Of a DNA stretch of 64,000 bases, positions 31,789 to 40,271 are shown piece after piece; within the stretch, counting starts at the first letter, position 1; every line of letters begins with the position of its first letter. The DNA lies in contig DATEDF010000124.1 of the NCBI GenBank assembly GCA_035286465.1, forward strand, positions 3,242-67,241, written 5' to 3'. Made by a program: the position numbers and the translations under genes. The notes below the pieces were generated by a model that searched no databases, was not told where the DNA came from, and was given only the letters and a program-made list of their open reading frames with translations. The DNA comes from Gemmatimonadaceae bacterium. Its GTDB lineage: Bacteria > Gemmatimonadota > Gemmatimonadetes > Gemmatimonadales > Gemmatimonadaceae.

Positions 31789-32223
31789 CTACGGCACTAC
31801 CGTCATCGTGAGGCCCGATCCGGGCTTGCCCTCGAGCTTGCAGACAAGCGTGTTGTCCGCGGTCGGCGCGATGAGGACGGAGAGGGCGACCGGCGCGTTA
31901 CCGCCGAGCATCGGGTGCGTGACGACCGTCACCCCGTTCAGTTCGATGGTGCCGTTCAGGCCCTTCACGCCGTTGTCCGTCACTATGAGAGTGGCGGGTA
32001 CGCCGTCAGACCACGGGAACGGGAACGACTCGGCAACCGGCTTCCCCTTGGCACGCAGGCACGCGACGGGCCCGAACGGTAGCGGGCCGATGGGCAAAGC
32101 CGCCAGCCGAGGAGCATTCGGATTGGGCCCCACTCTCGTCGCCTTCGCGACCGGCGTTGTGGGCTCAGTGCACGCCGCGGCGACGACAACCGCCGCGAGC
32201 AGCGCCGACGTGGCAAGCTTCAT
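31789..32223 (-). CDS. Small lipoprotein, paralog copy 2 (144 aa)
   Basis: Track ORF 31789..32322. ATG 32223 is preceded by GGGAGGA. Lipobox in MKLATSALLAAVVVAAAC. Both copies share the ending LEGKPGSG(V/L)T(L/M)TVVP. Confidence 0.7.
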   Translation of the reverse strand: MKLATSALLAAVVVAAACTEPTTPVAKATRVGPNPNAPRLAALPIGPLPFGPVACLRAKGKPVAESFPFPWSDGVPATLIVTDNGVKGLNGTIELNGVTVVTHPMLGGNAPVALSVLIAPTADNTLVCKLEGKPGSGLTMTVVP

Positions 32224-32368
32224 GAAGATCCTCCCGGATGGTGAGAGTGTGTGCACGACGCGGAGTCCAGCCACCCACAACGCTAACGATTTCACCGCGC
32301 AGCCTCCAGTGACGCGCATCACGCGCGCCGCGTGCCCACGCCGACGATCTCGGCCGCGGGCGCCGTGC

Positions 32369-32887
32369 TCAGCCGAGGTACCGCGCCACCGCCATCGTCA
32401 CGGCGGCGACGAACAGCAATCCCGCGGTCCAGCGCACGCTGGTCTTCGAGCGCTGCCGGAGCGCGCCCATCGGCGCCATCGCGGCGTCGCGCGCGGGGCC
32501 CTCGGGGAGCTTCGCCGCTTCCGCGCCCAGCGCCATCATCCGGAGCGCCGTCGGCCGCATCACGAACATCCCGACGAGAAACGCCAGCACGCCCGCGAGT
32601 CCCCCGAGCGAGAGCGCCGCACCCTGAGGCGAGCCCATCCACGGCGACGTGAAGCCGCCCGAATCCATCCAGAGGAGCGCCACGCCGGAGAGCAGCGCGA
32701 GGAGTGCGATGACCGGCATGATGTTGAAGTGGCCGAGGCGATGGAGCCCCTGCATCACGGGTACCCCGGCCGGGCCGGCGCCGCGCACCGCCGGCTCCAG
32801 GAAGATCGCGACGAAGAGGATCGTCCCCGCCCAGTACACGGCGCAGAGGATGTGCACGAGACGAAGCGCGACGAACGTCGTGTCCAT
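32369..32887 (-). CDS. Hypothetical 4-TM membrane protein
   Basis: Track ORF 172 aa. Four hydrophobic helices, high GC3, no family recognised. Confidence 0.6.
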   Translation of the reverse strand: MDTTFVALRLVHILCAVYWAGTILFVAIFLEPAVRGAGPAGVPVMQGLHRLGHFNIMPVIALLALLSGVALLWMDSGGFTSPWMGSPQGAALSLGGLAGVLAFLVGMFVMRPTALRMMALGAEAAKLPEGPARDAAMAPMGALRQRSKTSVRWTAGLLFVAAVTMAVARYLG

Positions 32888-32930
32888 GGCGGGCGGGCTC
32901 CGGGATCGGGTCGTGAGGTGGCGAGCGCCC

Positions 32931-34325
32931 TCACGTTATCGCGCCGGGGCCTCCGTGGCGAGTCTCGCCGTACAGGTCGCTCCGGGTGAGCGGCACCACG
33001 TGCCGGCCATTCGCGTCGGGCTTCGCGAGCAGCAGCTGCACGACGGCGAGCCGCCCCGTCGCGAATCCACGCGCCGCCGCGGCGAGATAGAGGCGCCATA
33101 CGCGGTATGCCGCCTCGCCGACCATCCCCGCCGCCTCCGCGTGGTGCGCCTCCAGCCGGCTGCTCCAGTGCCGCAGGGTGCGCGCATAGTGCTCGCGGAG
33201 GCTCTCGACGTCGCGCGTCTCGAAGCCGGCGAGTTCCGCCGCCCGGACCAGCTCCGCGAGCTGGACGACCTCGCCGTCCGGGAAGATGTAGCGCTCGATG
33301 AACTCGCCCCGCCGCCAGAGGCGGTCCCGCACGCGCTCGCGCACGCCTCGCCGGCGCGCGTCGTCCAGCGCCACGATCCCGTGCGTGAGAAACACGCCGC
33401 CGGGCCGGAGCAGATCGAACGCCGTGGCGAAGTAGCTTTCCAGCTGCAGGCCCCTGACGTGCTCGAGCATGCCGACGCTCGCGATCTTGTCGAACCGGCC
33501 GAACTCCCGGAGCCGCCGGTAGTCCCGGATGCAGACTTCCGCGCGACCGGCGAGTCCGGCCTCCGCGATCGCGCGATGCGCGAAGGCGGCCTGCTTGTGG
33601 CTGAGCGTCACGCCGACCGCCTCCACGCCGTACCGCTGCACCGCGTGCAGCACGAGCCCGCCCCACCCGCAGCCGATGTCGAGCAGCCGCTCGCCGGGCC
33701 GGACCCGGAGCTTCCGGCAGGTCAGATCGAGCTTCGCTTCCTGGGCGTCGTCCAGCGTCTCCGCGCCGGTCGCGAAATACGCGCAGGAGTACACCATCCG
33801 CCGGTCGAGCCAGAGCGCGTAGAAGTCGTCGCCGAGATCATAGTGGAATCGGATCGCGGCGGCGTCGCGCGGCTCGGCGTGGCGCGTTCCGAAGTCGGAG
33901 AGTCCGTCGGCGACGCGCAGCCGGCCCCTGCCGGCGCGCGGGCTCCTCGGCAGGGCGAGCAGGTGGGGCACGACCCGCGCCATCGTCCTCCACGAGACGG
34001 CACGTTCGGCGAGGAGATCCCCGAGGCGCACCGCCGCCTCGAGGTCACCCTCGATGTCGAAGTCGTTCCGCGCGAACGCTTCCGCGAGGCGCCGTTCCGA
34101 GGGCGGGAGGAGCACCCGGCGCAACACGTCGGGCTGCCGGAGCACGAGCGTGAACCGGCTGTCCGGCGGCCCTTCGACGGTGCCGTCCCAGAGGCGCACA
34201 CAGAAGGCGCGCGTGCCCGCGGGGCCGAACAGCAGCTCCAGCGCATCGCGCGCGTGACGCGTGCGCGACGCGTCCGCACGCGGGAGGACGGCGCGCGGTG
34301 AAGGCGGCGCGACGGTGGCTTTCAC
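32931..34325 (-). CDS. cfa: Cyclopropane-fatty-acyl-phospholipid synthase-family SAM methyltransferase
   Basis: Track ORF 464 aa. HYDLGDDFY, YSCAYF, LLDIGCGWGGL (SAM motif I), YLAAAARGF. Confidence 0.85.
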   Translation of the reverse strand: MKATVAPPSPRAVLPRADASRTRHARDALELLFGPAGTRAFCVRLWDGTVEGPPDSRFTLVLRQPDVLRRVLLPPSERRLAEAFARNDFDIEGDLEAAVRLGDLLAERAVSWRTMARVVPHLLALPRSPRAGRGRLRVADGLSDFGTRHAEPRDAAAIRFHYDLGDDFYALWLDRRMVYSCAYFATGAETLDDAQEAKLDLTCRKLRVRPGERLLDIGCGWGGLVLHAVQRYGVEAVGVTLSHKQAAFAHRAIAEAGLAGRAEVCIRDYRRLREFGRFDKIASVGMLEHVRGLQLESYFATAFDLLRPGGVFLTHGIVALDDARRRGVRERVRDRLWRRGEFIERYIFPDGEVVQLAELVRAAELAGFETRDVESLREHYARTLRHWSSRLEAHHAEAAGMVGEAAYRVWRLYLAAAARGFATGRLAVVQLLLAKPDANGRHVVPLTRSDLYGETRHGGPGAIT

Positions 34326-34608
34326 GGCGTGGCCTGCGATCTTCCGGACATCACCAGCTCCGTGCCGCGAACCCTAGCGGCGGTGGCACGCGTTCACCAT
34401 CCGCAGAACGCCGAATGTGGGTAGGGCTTTCCCGCACCGGGAACTGCCGCTCTTCCGGTTTCGCCGGGCGCACGCGCGGCCCATCTTCCGCGTGTGATGA
34501 GGCGAGCGTGAGGACCGTGCGCTCCCGGCCGGTTACCGCTGCACGGGCGCGCGACCGCGAGCGGCCGGGCGCGCACGCGCACGAGGCAGTACGCGTCCCG
34601 GCGCGCCG

Positions 34609-35016
34609 GTGATGCGCAACTGGTCGCGCTCGGAGGAGCACACCGGCGAGTGGAAGGTGCGCGTGCGCGCCGACTCGCTGAGCGCGCTCTTCGCCGAGGT
34701 GGCGCGCGTGGTCGCCGGCGCCGCGGGTCCAGCGCGCGGGCCGAGCGGCGACTGGGAGCCGGTCGCGCTCGGCGCCCGCGACGCGCCCGCGCTCCTCGTC
34801 GCGTGGGCAAATGAGTTGCTGGGCCGCGGCGAGGTGCGCCGCCGCGCCTACCGTGACGTGCGGCGCCTCACCGTCGCGAACGGCCGCCTCACCGCACAGG
34901 TGCGCGGGCCGCGCGTCGCCGAGTGGCGCTCGCCGCTCAAGGCCGCCACGTATCACGGGCTCACGCTCGAGCGGCGCGGCCGCCGGTGGGCGGCCCTCCT
35001 CCTGTTCGACGTCTAG
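34609..35016 (+). CDS. Archease (RtcB activator)
   Basis: Track ORF 135 aa. EEHTGEWKVRVRADSLSALF at the N-terminus and LKAATYHGLTLE near the C-terminus. Immediately upstream of rtcB. Confidence 0.8.
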   Translation: MMRNWSRSEEHTGEWKVRVRADSLSALFAEVARVVAGAAGPARGPSGDWEPVALGARDAPALLVAWANELLGRGEVRRRAYRDVRRLTVANGRLTAQVRGPRVAEWRSPLKAATYHGLTLERRGRRWAALLLFDV

Positions 35017-35029
35017 CGCGACGACCCCT

Positions 35030-36466
35030 GTGCTTCCCGAAGAGCTGAGCCAGATCGGGCCCTGCGCGTACGAGATTCCCGTCGCGCGCCGCGCCGACAT
35101 GCGCGTGAGCGCCGTCGTCTACGCGGACGAGGAGCTGCTCGCCGCGATCCTCGCCGGCGACGCGGTCGGCCAGCTCCAGAACGTCACCACGCTCCCGGGC
35201 GTGACGGGCCACGTCTTCGGCATGCCCGACATGCACGAGGGGTACGGCTTTCCCGTGGGCGGCGTCGCGGCCACGCGGATGCCGGACGGCGTGGTCTCGC
35301 CGGGCGGCGTGGGCTTCGACATCAACTGCGGCGTGCGGCTGCTGGCGACGCCACTCACGCGCGCGGCCGTCGGCGACCGGCTGACCGACCTCGTGCACGA
35401 GATCTCGCGCAGCGTTCCCGCCGGCACCGGCCGCGGCGGCCAGTGGACGCTCACCGACGCCGAGCTCGACGGCGTGCTCACCGAGGGGAGCGCGTTTCTC
35501 GTGCGCGAGCACGGCTTCGGCCTCTCCGACGACGTCGCGCACACCGAGTCGCTCGGGTGCCTGGAGGGCGCGGATCCGGCCAGGCTCTCGGCGCGCGCGC
35601 GCGACCGCGGGCGCGACCAGCTCGGCACCCTGGGCGCGGGCAATCACTTCATCGAAGTGCAGGTCGTGGACGAACTGTTCGATGAGGACGCGGCCCGCGC
35701 GTTCGGCCTCGAGCCGGGCACGCTCGCCATCCTCATCCACACCGGCTCGCGCGGCCTCGGGCACCAGGTGTGCACCGATTACGTGAAGCTGATGGACGCC
35801 CGCCTCGCGGAGCACGGCATCACGCTGCCCGACCGCCAGCTCTCGTGCGCGCCCGCGTCGTCGCGCGACGGCCGGGACTACCTCGCGGCGATGGCGGGCG
35901 CGGCGAACTTCGCGTGGGCGAACCGGCAGCTCATCGCGCATCGCGTGCGGCAGGCGGTCGCACGCCTCTTTCCCGCGGTGGCGCCCGAGGCCGTGCGACT
36001 GGTCTACGACGTCGCGCACAACATCGCGAAGCTCGAGACGCACGGCGGCGCGCGGCTGTGCGTGCACCGGAAAGGCGCCACGCGTGCCTTCGGCGCGGGG
36101 CACCCCGAGGTGCCGGCGCCGTACCGCGCCGTCGGGCAGCCCGTCTTCGTGCCGGGAAGCATGGGGACGGCCTCCTTCGTGCTCGCGGGCCTCGCGACGT
36201 CGGAGTCGCGCGCGTGGAGCAGTTGCTGCCACGGCGCCGGACGGAGTCTCAGCCGGACCGCCGCCAAGCGCCAGGTCGCCGGCAGCGAGCTGCGCGCGCA
36301 GCTCGAGGCACAAGGCATCGTCGTGCGCTGCCCGTCGAACAAGGGGCTCGCGGAGGAAGCGCCCCTGGCCTACAAGGACGTCGAGCGCGTGGCCGAAGTG
36401 GTCGAGCGCGCCGGCCTCGCGCGGCGCGTGGCGCGGCTCAGGCCCGTCGGCGTCGTGAAGGGGTGA
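35030..36466 (+). CDS. rtcB: RNA 3'-phosphate ligase RtcB
   Basis: C-terminal 478 codons of track ORF 34811..36466, starting at GTG 35030. PDMHEGYGFPVGGVAA, GFDINCGVR, GAGNHFIE, HTGSRGLGHQV, HNIA, CHGAGR. Confidence 0.9.
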   Translation: MLPEELSQIGPCAYEIPVARRADMRVSAVVYADEELLAAILAGDAVGQLQNVTTLPGVTGHVFGMPDMHEGYGFPVGGVAATRMPDGVVSPGGVGFDINCGVRLLATPLTRAAVGDRLTDLVHEISRSVPAGTGRGGQWTLTDAELDGVLTEGSAFLVREHGFGLSDDVAHTESLGCLEGADPARLSARARDRGRDQLGTLGAGNHFIEVQVVDELFDEDAARAFGLEPGTLAILIHTGSRGLGHQVCTDYVKLMDARLAEHGITLPDRQLSCAPASSRDGRDYLAAMAGAANFAWANRQLIAHRVRQAVARLFPAVAPEAVRLVYDVAHNIAKLETHGGARLCVHRKGATRAFGAGHPEVPAPYRAVGQPVFVPGSMGTASFVLAGLATSESRAWSSCCHGAGRSLSRTAAKRQVAGSELRAQLEAQGIVVRCPSNKGLAEEAPLAYKDVERVAEVVERAGLARRVARLRPVGVVKG

Positions 36467-36546
36467 CGCGCGACGGGTTCACTGCGCACGACACGTGAGT
36501 CGCCGGCGCCGCGAAGTCGGCCGCGGCGCGCCGGGGTGGTCCACGG

Positions 36547-36768
36547 TCAGTCGAGGATGTAGACCATCCCCGTCTCTTCGTCGTACACGTACGCGGGCGC
36601 GAGCCCGTCGTCCGACGCGCGCACGTAGCGCATCGTCGGTGTCGCGAACGCGGGCTGCCCACGGAATGCGCCGAGAATGCGCGCGAGGTCCTTGTCATCC
36701 AGCTCGTCCAGGTCGTCCGGGCCGGCCTCCTCGGGCGGAGGCGCCAGCGTGCTGCCGATCTTCGACAT
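36547..36768 (-). CDS. Small acidic hypothetical protein (73 aa)
   Basis: Track ORF 36547..36786. ATG 36768 is preceded by AGGGGG. High GC3. No family recognised. Confidence 0.45.
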   Translation of the reverse strand: MSKIGSTLAPPPEEAGPDDLDELDDKDLARILGAFRGQPAFATPTMRYVRASDDGLAPAYVYDEETGMVYILD

Positions 36769-36898
36769 GGCTCGCCCCCTTTGCAATCCCGCTACGGGGA
36801 CGATGCGATCGCCTGCCGGCGGCCGTCAGGCGAAGAACCCTGATCCTCCGTCGGGCGCGGCCCGACGAGCAGCCGGGAGGCTCCCTGAGCGGTCGCGC

Positions 36899-37390
36899 CT
36901 ACATCCAGGGCTCGTCCGCCGACGGCCCGTAGATGGACGGCACCTTTCCGCCCGCCATCCGGAGGTACACCGAGAGCTGGCCGCGGTGGTGCACCTGGTC
37001 CATCAGCATCAGCCACATGATGTCGAGGATCGGCACCTTGCCCATCTGCTTGGGGCCGGTGTAGAAGTCCACGGTCTCGTGCAGCCGCGAGTCCGGCACC
37101 TTGCCGAGCGCCTGCTCCACCGACTGGCACCCCTTCTCGAACGCGGCGATGGCGAGGGCGATCGAGACCGGCTCCGGCGGCATGTTCGGCGGCATGGTGA
37201 GCGTGCCGTTGATCGCCGCGGCGACGACTCCCTGCTCCATGCCGAACGTGTGCATCAGCCGCTTCGCGCTCGCTGACCGCGGGTGCGGCTGGAACTCCGC
37301 CTTGTCGGCGGGATACGCCTTCATCACTTTGACGGTCGTCGCGTGTTCTTTCCGGTAGACGTCCAGAAACTGCTCCTTGGGGCTCGGCAT
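36899..37390 (-). CDS. DinB-family protein
   Basis: C-terminal 163 codons of track ORF 36899..37804. ATG 37390 is preceded by GGAGGG. Four-helix-bundle His motifs, including MDQVHHRGQLSVYLR. Confidence 0.8.
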   Translation of the reverse strand: MPSPKEQFLDVYRKEHATTVKVMKAYPADKAEFQPHPRSASAKRLMHTFGMEQGVVAAAINGTLTMPPNMPPEPVSIALAIAAFEKGCQSVEQALGKVPDSRLHETVDFYTGPKQMGKVPILDIMWLMLMDQVHHRGQLSVYLRMAGGKVPSIYGPSADEPWM

Positions 37391-37505
37391 CGCGGTACCC
37401 TCCGTGAGCGGAGATGAGCACTGAGCGAGCGAATCTGGGTCACGCCCGGGCCGGGCGTCAACCGCCAGTATCCGCGCCGCACGGCGAAGCGTACTTTCCT
37501 GCGCT

Positions 37506-40271
37506 ATGCGCCGAGGACTTCCCGCCAGGCCGGCCGCGTCGCCCCGTCGCGCCGTCGCGCGCGCCGTGCTTGTCACGCGCTCCCCGCTCGTCACGCGTGC
37601 CGCGGTCGCTACCCGCGCCACGCTCGTCGCCGCGCTCGCTGCGCTCGCCGCCGCCGCCGCGCGCCCGCTCGCCGCGCAAGGCGCGGACAGCACGACCGTG
37701 CCCGTTCTCTTCAGCGTGAGCGGCGCGGCCTCCCTCGGCACGTACCAGTCGGGCGTGACCTGGGCGGTCGTGCGCTTCCTGCAGCTCGCGAACGGCGATT
37801 CCACGCTCCGCCCGAGCGCGCATCGCGCGCTCCGCTACCGGCTCGGCGCGATCAGCGGCGCCTCGGCCGGCAACATCAACGCGGTGATCTCGTCGCTCGA
37901 ATGGTGCCGGAAGGATGCCGTGCGGCCCGAGAACAGCCTCTTCGCCCAGCTCTGGCTCAACGTCGGCCTCGGCCAGCTCAACCCGGTCCACGATTCCGGC
38001 GGCGCGACGCTGCCCTCCAGCGGCCGGGCGCCGGGCGCCGCCGGCCTGATGTCGCGCGCGTTCTTCCAGACGCTCTGGGATTCGCTCACCGCCGCGATGG
38101 CGCGGCCGCTCTTCGATCCGCGGTGCGACATCCCGGTGGGCGTGACGATGACGCGGCTCATCCCCGCGATGTACTCGCTGCAGCGGACGGACGAGACCGA
38201 TCCCGCCCTCACGGCGGCCACGCAGCGCTTCGTCGCGCGGTGGCGCGTGCAGGCCGACAGCGCCGGACTCGAGCGCGACCGCGCCCCCCTCGTGGTGCGC
38301 CCGCCCGAGATCCCGCGCGACCCGCGCCTCTTCGGCGCGGAGTACCTCATCAGCATCGGCGCGGACCGATCGGGCAAGGACACCGTGGACCGGCGCATCG
38401 TCTTCGGCGCGGTGCAGGCCTCGGCCGCCGTGCCGCTCGTGTGGGCGGCGGTGCCGCTTCCGACGCCCGTGGACAGCAACTTCGCGGCCCGCGCGAAGCG
38501 CGCGTCGCTCGAGCGTGCGTTCCGTGCCGAGGCGCGCGCCGGCGGCACCGGCGGCGCCGGCGCGCGCGTGCCGAAGGACTCGGCGCTCTTCGTGGACGGC
38601 GGACTCTTCGACGCCGACCCGCTGGGTCTCGCAAACGACATGTGGAGCCAGGAACGCGCGACGCCGGGAAGCCGCGAGGCGCGCCCGCTGCTCGTCCGCA
38701 TTGACCCGGACGACCTGCGCGGCCTCCTCCTCCTCAACACGCAGCAGAAGGAGGCCGCCTCCGGCGCGGCGAAGCAGCCCCCGCCGAGCGGGATCGAGCC
38801 CGTCCTCACCCTGCTCGGCGGCTTTCTGCCGAGTGCGCGCGGCTACGAGCTCCAGTCGCTCGGCCGCCTGCTCGCGCGGCACGCGAACGACCCCGTGTCG
38901 CCGCGCATCGTCCACACGTCGCGCGCGTTTCCCGCGGTCGCGGCGCACCTCCTGCATTTCGGCGGGTTCATGGGTCGCCCCTTCCGCGACCACGACTTCT
39001 ACCTCGGCATCTACGACGGCCTGCGCTTCGCCGCCGAGCAGTTGCTCTGTGCCGATCCCGTCGCGCGTGACGCCGCGCCGCCCGCCGCCTCGTGCGTGGA
39101 CAGCGTCCTCACGCACACGGTGATCCCCGCCGTCGAGCGCGCGCTTCCCGACGCGCAGCCGATTCCGCTCGTGCGCGAATTCGCGCGGTGTGAGTCGCTC
39201 GGGTGGCGCGACGACGCCTGCACCTTCCCGCCCGACACCCTCACGCGTGACCCGCTGCTCCGCGCCCGCTACCGCGTGGAAGCCACCATCGCGCGGGCGA
39301 ACCAGCAGATGCTCCACTACACGCCGCCGCCGAAGGACACGACGCGCCCGAGGCAGTGCGGCCCGCGCGCGTGCGACGGCTTCGTGGCCTCCATCGTCTG
39401 GAACGACGACTTCGGCGTGCTGCTCTCGTCGCTCGCCGCCGACACCGGGTACCGGAGCGCCATCCGGACGATGCACGCCCTGACGAAGCCCGTTTGCTGG
39501 GGGCGCGAGGCGGCGTGGGGCTCGCCGGATCCCACCTGTCCCGCGGACAGCGCCTTCGCGCGCCTGGTGAACGACCCGGAGACGGTGCTCGACTTCGCGC
39601 TCCGCTGGGAGCTGCGCCGCCTCTCGGAGATCGAGGAACGCCAGCGACGCGGGAGCAAGACCGCCTCGCGCATCGCAGCGCTCACGGAGCTGGCCTACAC
39701 GGCGCAGGGGTTCCCGTATCGCACCGGCCATTTCGCGCCGACGACGGTGCCGGCGTTGGCGCCCAAGCGCCTTGCCTGGAACCTCCTTCCATACTATGTG
39801 GCGGCGGGAGCGCCCGGACGCGGGGGCGTCGAGCTGGGCTGGGACTTCGTGCTGCGCTACTGGCGCGACGCGCACGTCGGCATCACGGCGCCCATCAGCT
39901 GGTGGTACCGGCCGGGCGCGAACGGCGCGCGCACGAGCCAGGCGCTGGCGTTCGGCCTGGGTGCCTTCGTGCGCCCGCCGCCGGCGCAGCAGTGGCTCGC
40001 CTTCCAGGTCGCGGTGCAGTATCCGGGGGAGGCGGTCGCGCGCGGGCTGTGGAGCGCTCGGCTGCTCTCGCCGGAACTCGCGTGGACGCCGCCGCTCGCC
40101 TCGAAGCTGCGCTTCGCGTACCGGTGGGGGCCCTCGCTCTTCGATCCGTCGCGGGCGGGCTTCGGGCCCGCGCCGTTCGGCAACTCGGCGGGTGCGCGCG
40201 GCGGCGGCGCGTTCTCGATCGGCCTGGCGGACGTTCCCGGCCTGCTCTACTGGGCCTGGCGGTTGCTCTGA
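37506..40271 (+). CDS. Secreted patatin-like phospholipase with a long uncharacterised C-terminal extension (921 aa)
   Basis: Track ORF. Signal-like LVAALAALAAAAARPLAAQG. Patatin motifs SGAASLG (oxyanion), GASAG (nucleophile) and FVDGGLFDADPLG (Asp). FRDHDFYLGIYDG resembles DUF3376-type patatin extensions (from memory). The last 200 aa are aromatic-rich with alternating polarity. Confidence 0.8.
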   Translation: MRRGLPARPAASPRRAVARAVLVTRSPLVTRAAVATRATLVAALAALAAAAARPLAAQGADSTTVPVLFSVSGAASLGTYQSGVTWAVVRFLQLANGDSTLRPSAHRALRYRLGAISGASAGNINAVISSLEWCRKDAVRPENSLFAQLWLNVGLGQLNPVHDSGGATLPSSGRAPGAAGLMSRAFFQTLWDSLTAAMARPLFDPRCDIPVGVTMTRLIPAMYSLQRTDETDPALTAATQRFVARWRVQADSAGLERDRAPLVVRPPEIPRDPRLFGAEYLISIGADRSGKDTVDRRIVFGAVQASAAVPLVWAAVPLPTPVDSNFAARAKRASLERAFRAEARAGGTGGAGARVPKDSALFVDGGLFDADPLGLANDMWSQERATPGSREARPLLVRIDPDDLRGLLLLNTQQKEAASGAAKQPPPSGIEPVLTLLGGFLPSARGYELQSLGRLLARHANDPVSPRIVHTSRAFPAVAAHLLHFGGFMGRPFRDHDFYLGIYDGLRFAAEQLLCADPVARDAAPPAASCVDSVLTHTVIPAVERALPDAQPIPLVREFARCESLGWRDDACTFPPDTLTRDPLLRARYRVEATIARANQQMLHYTPPPKDTTRPRQCGPRACDGFVASIVWNDDFGVLLSSLAADTGYRSAIRTMHALTKPVCWGREAAWGSPDPTCPADSAFARLVNDPETVLDFALRWELRRLSEIEERQRRGSKTASRIAALTELAYTAQGFPYRTGHFAPTTVPALAPKRLAWNLLPYYVAAGAPGRGGVELGWDFVLRYWRDAHVGITAPISWWYRPGANGARTSQALAFGLGAFVRPPPAQQWLAFQVAVQYPGEAVARGLWSARLLSPELAWTPPLASKLRFAYRWGPSLFDPSRAGFGPAPFGNSAGARGGGAFSIGLADVPGLLYWAWRLL

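Noticed and set aside
34384-34399. Possible sigma-54 promoter upstream of archease/rtcB (TGGCAC at 34384-34389)
   Set aside because: The -24 element matches, but the -12 position reads CACC instead of TTGC(A/T). The site is more than 200 nt from the archease start, and no RtcR-type activator is present. A single hexamer match is expected by chance.
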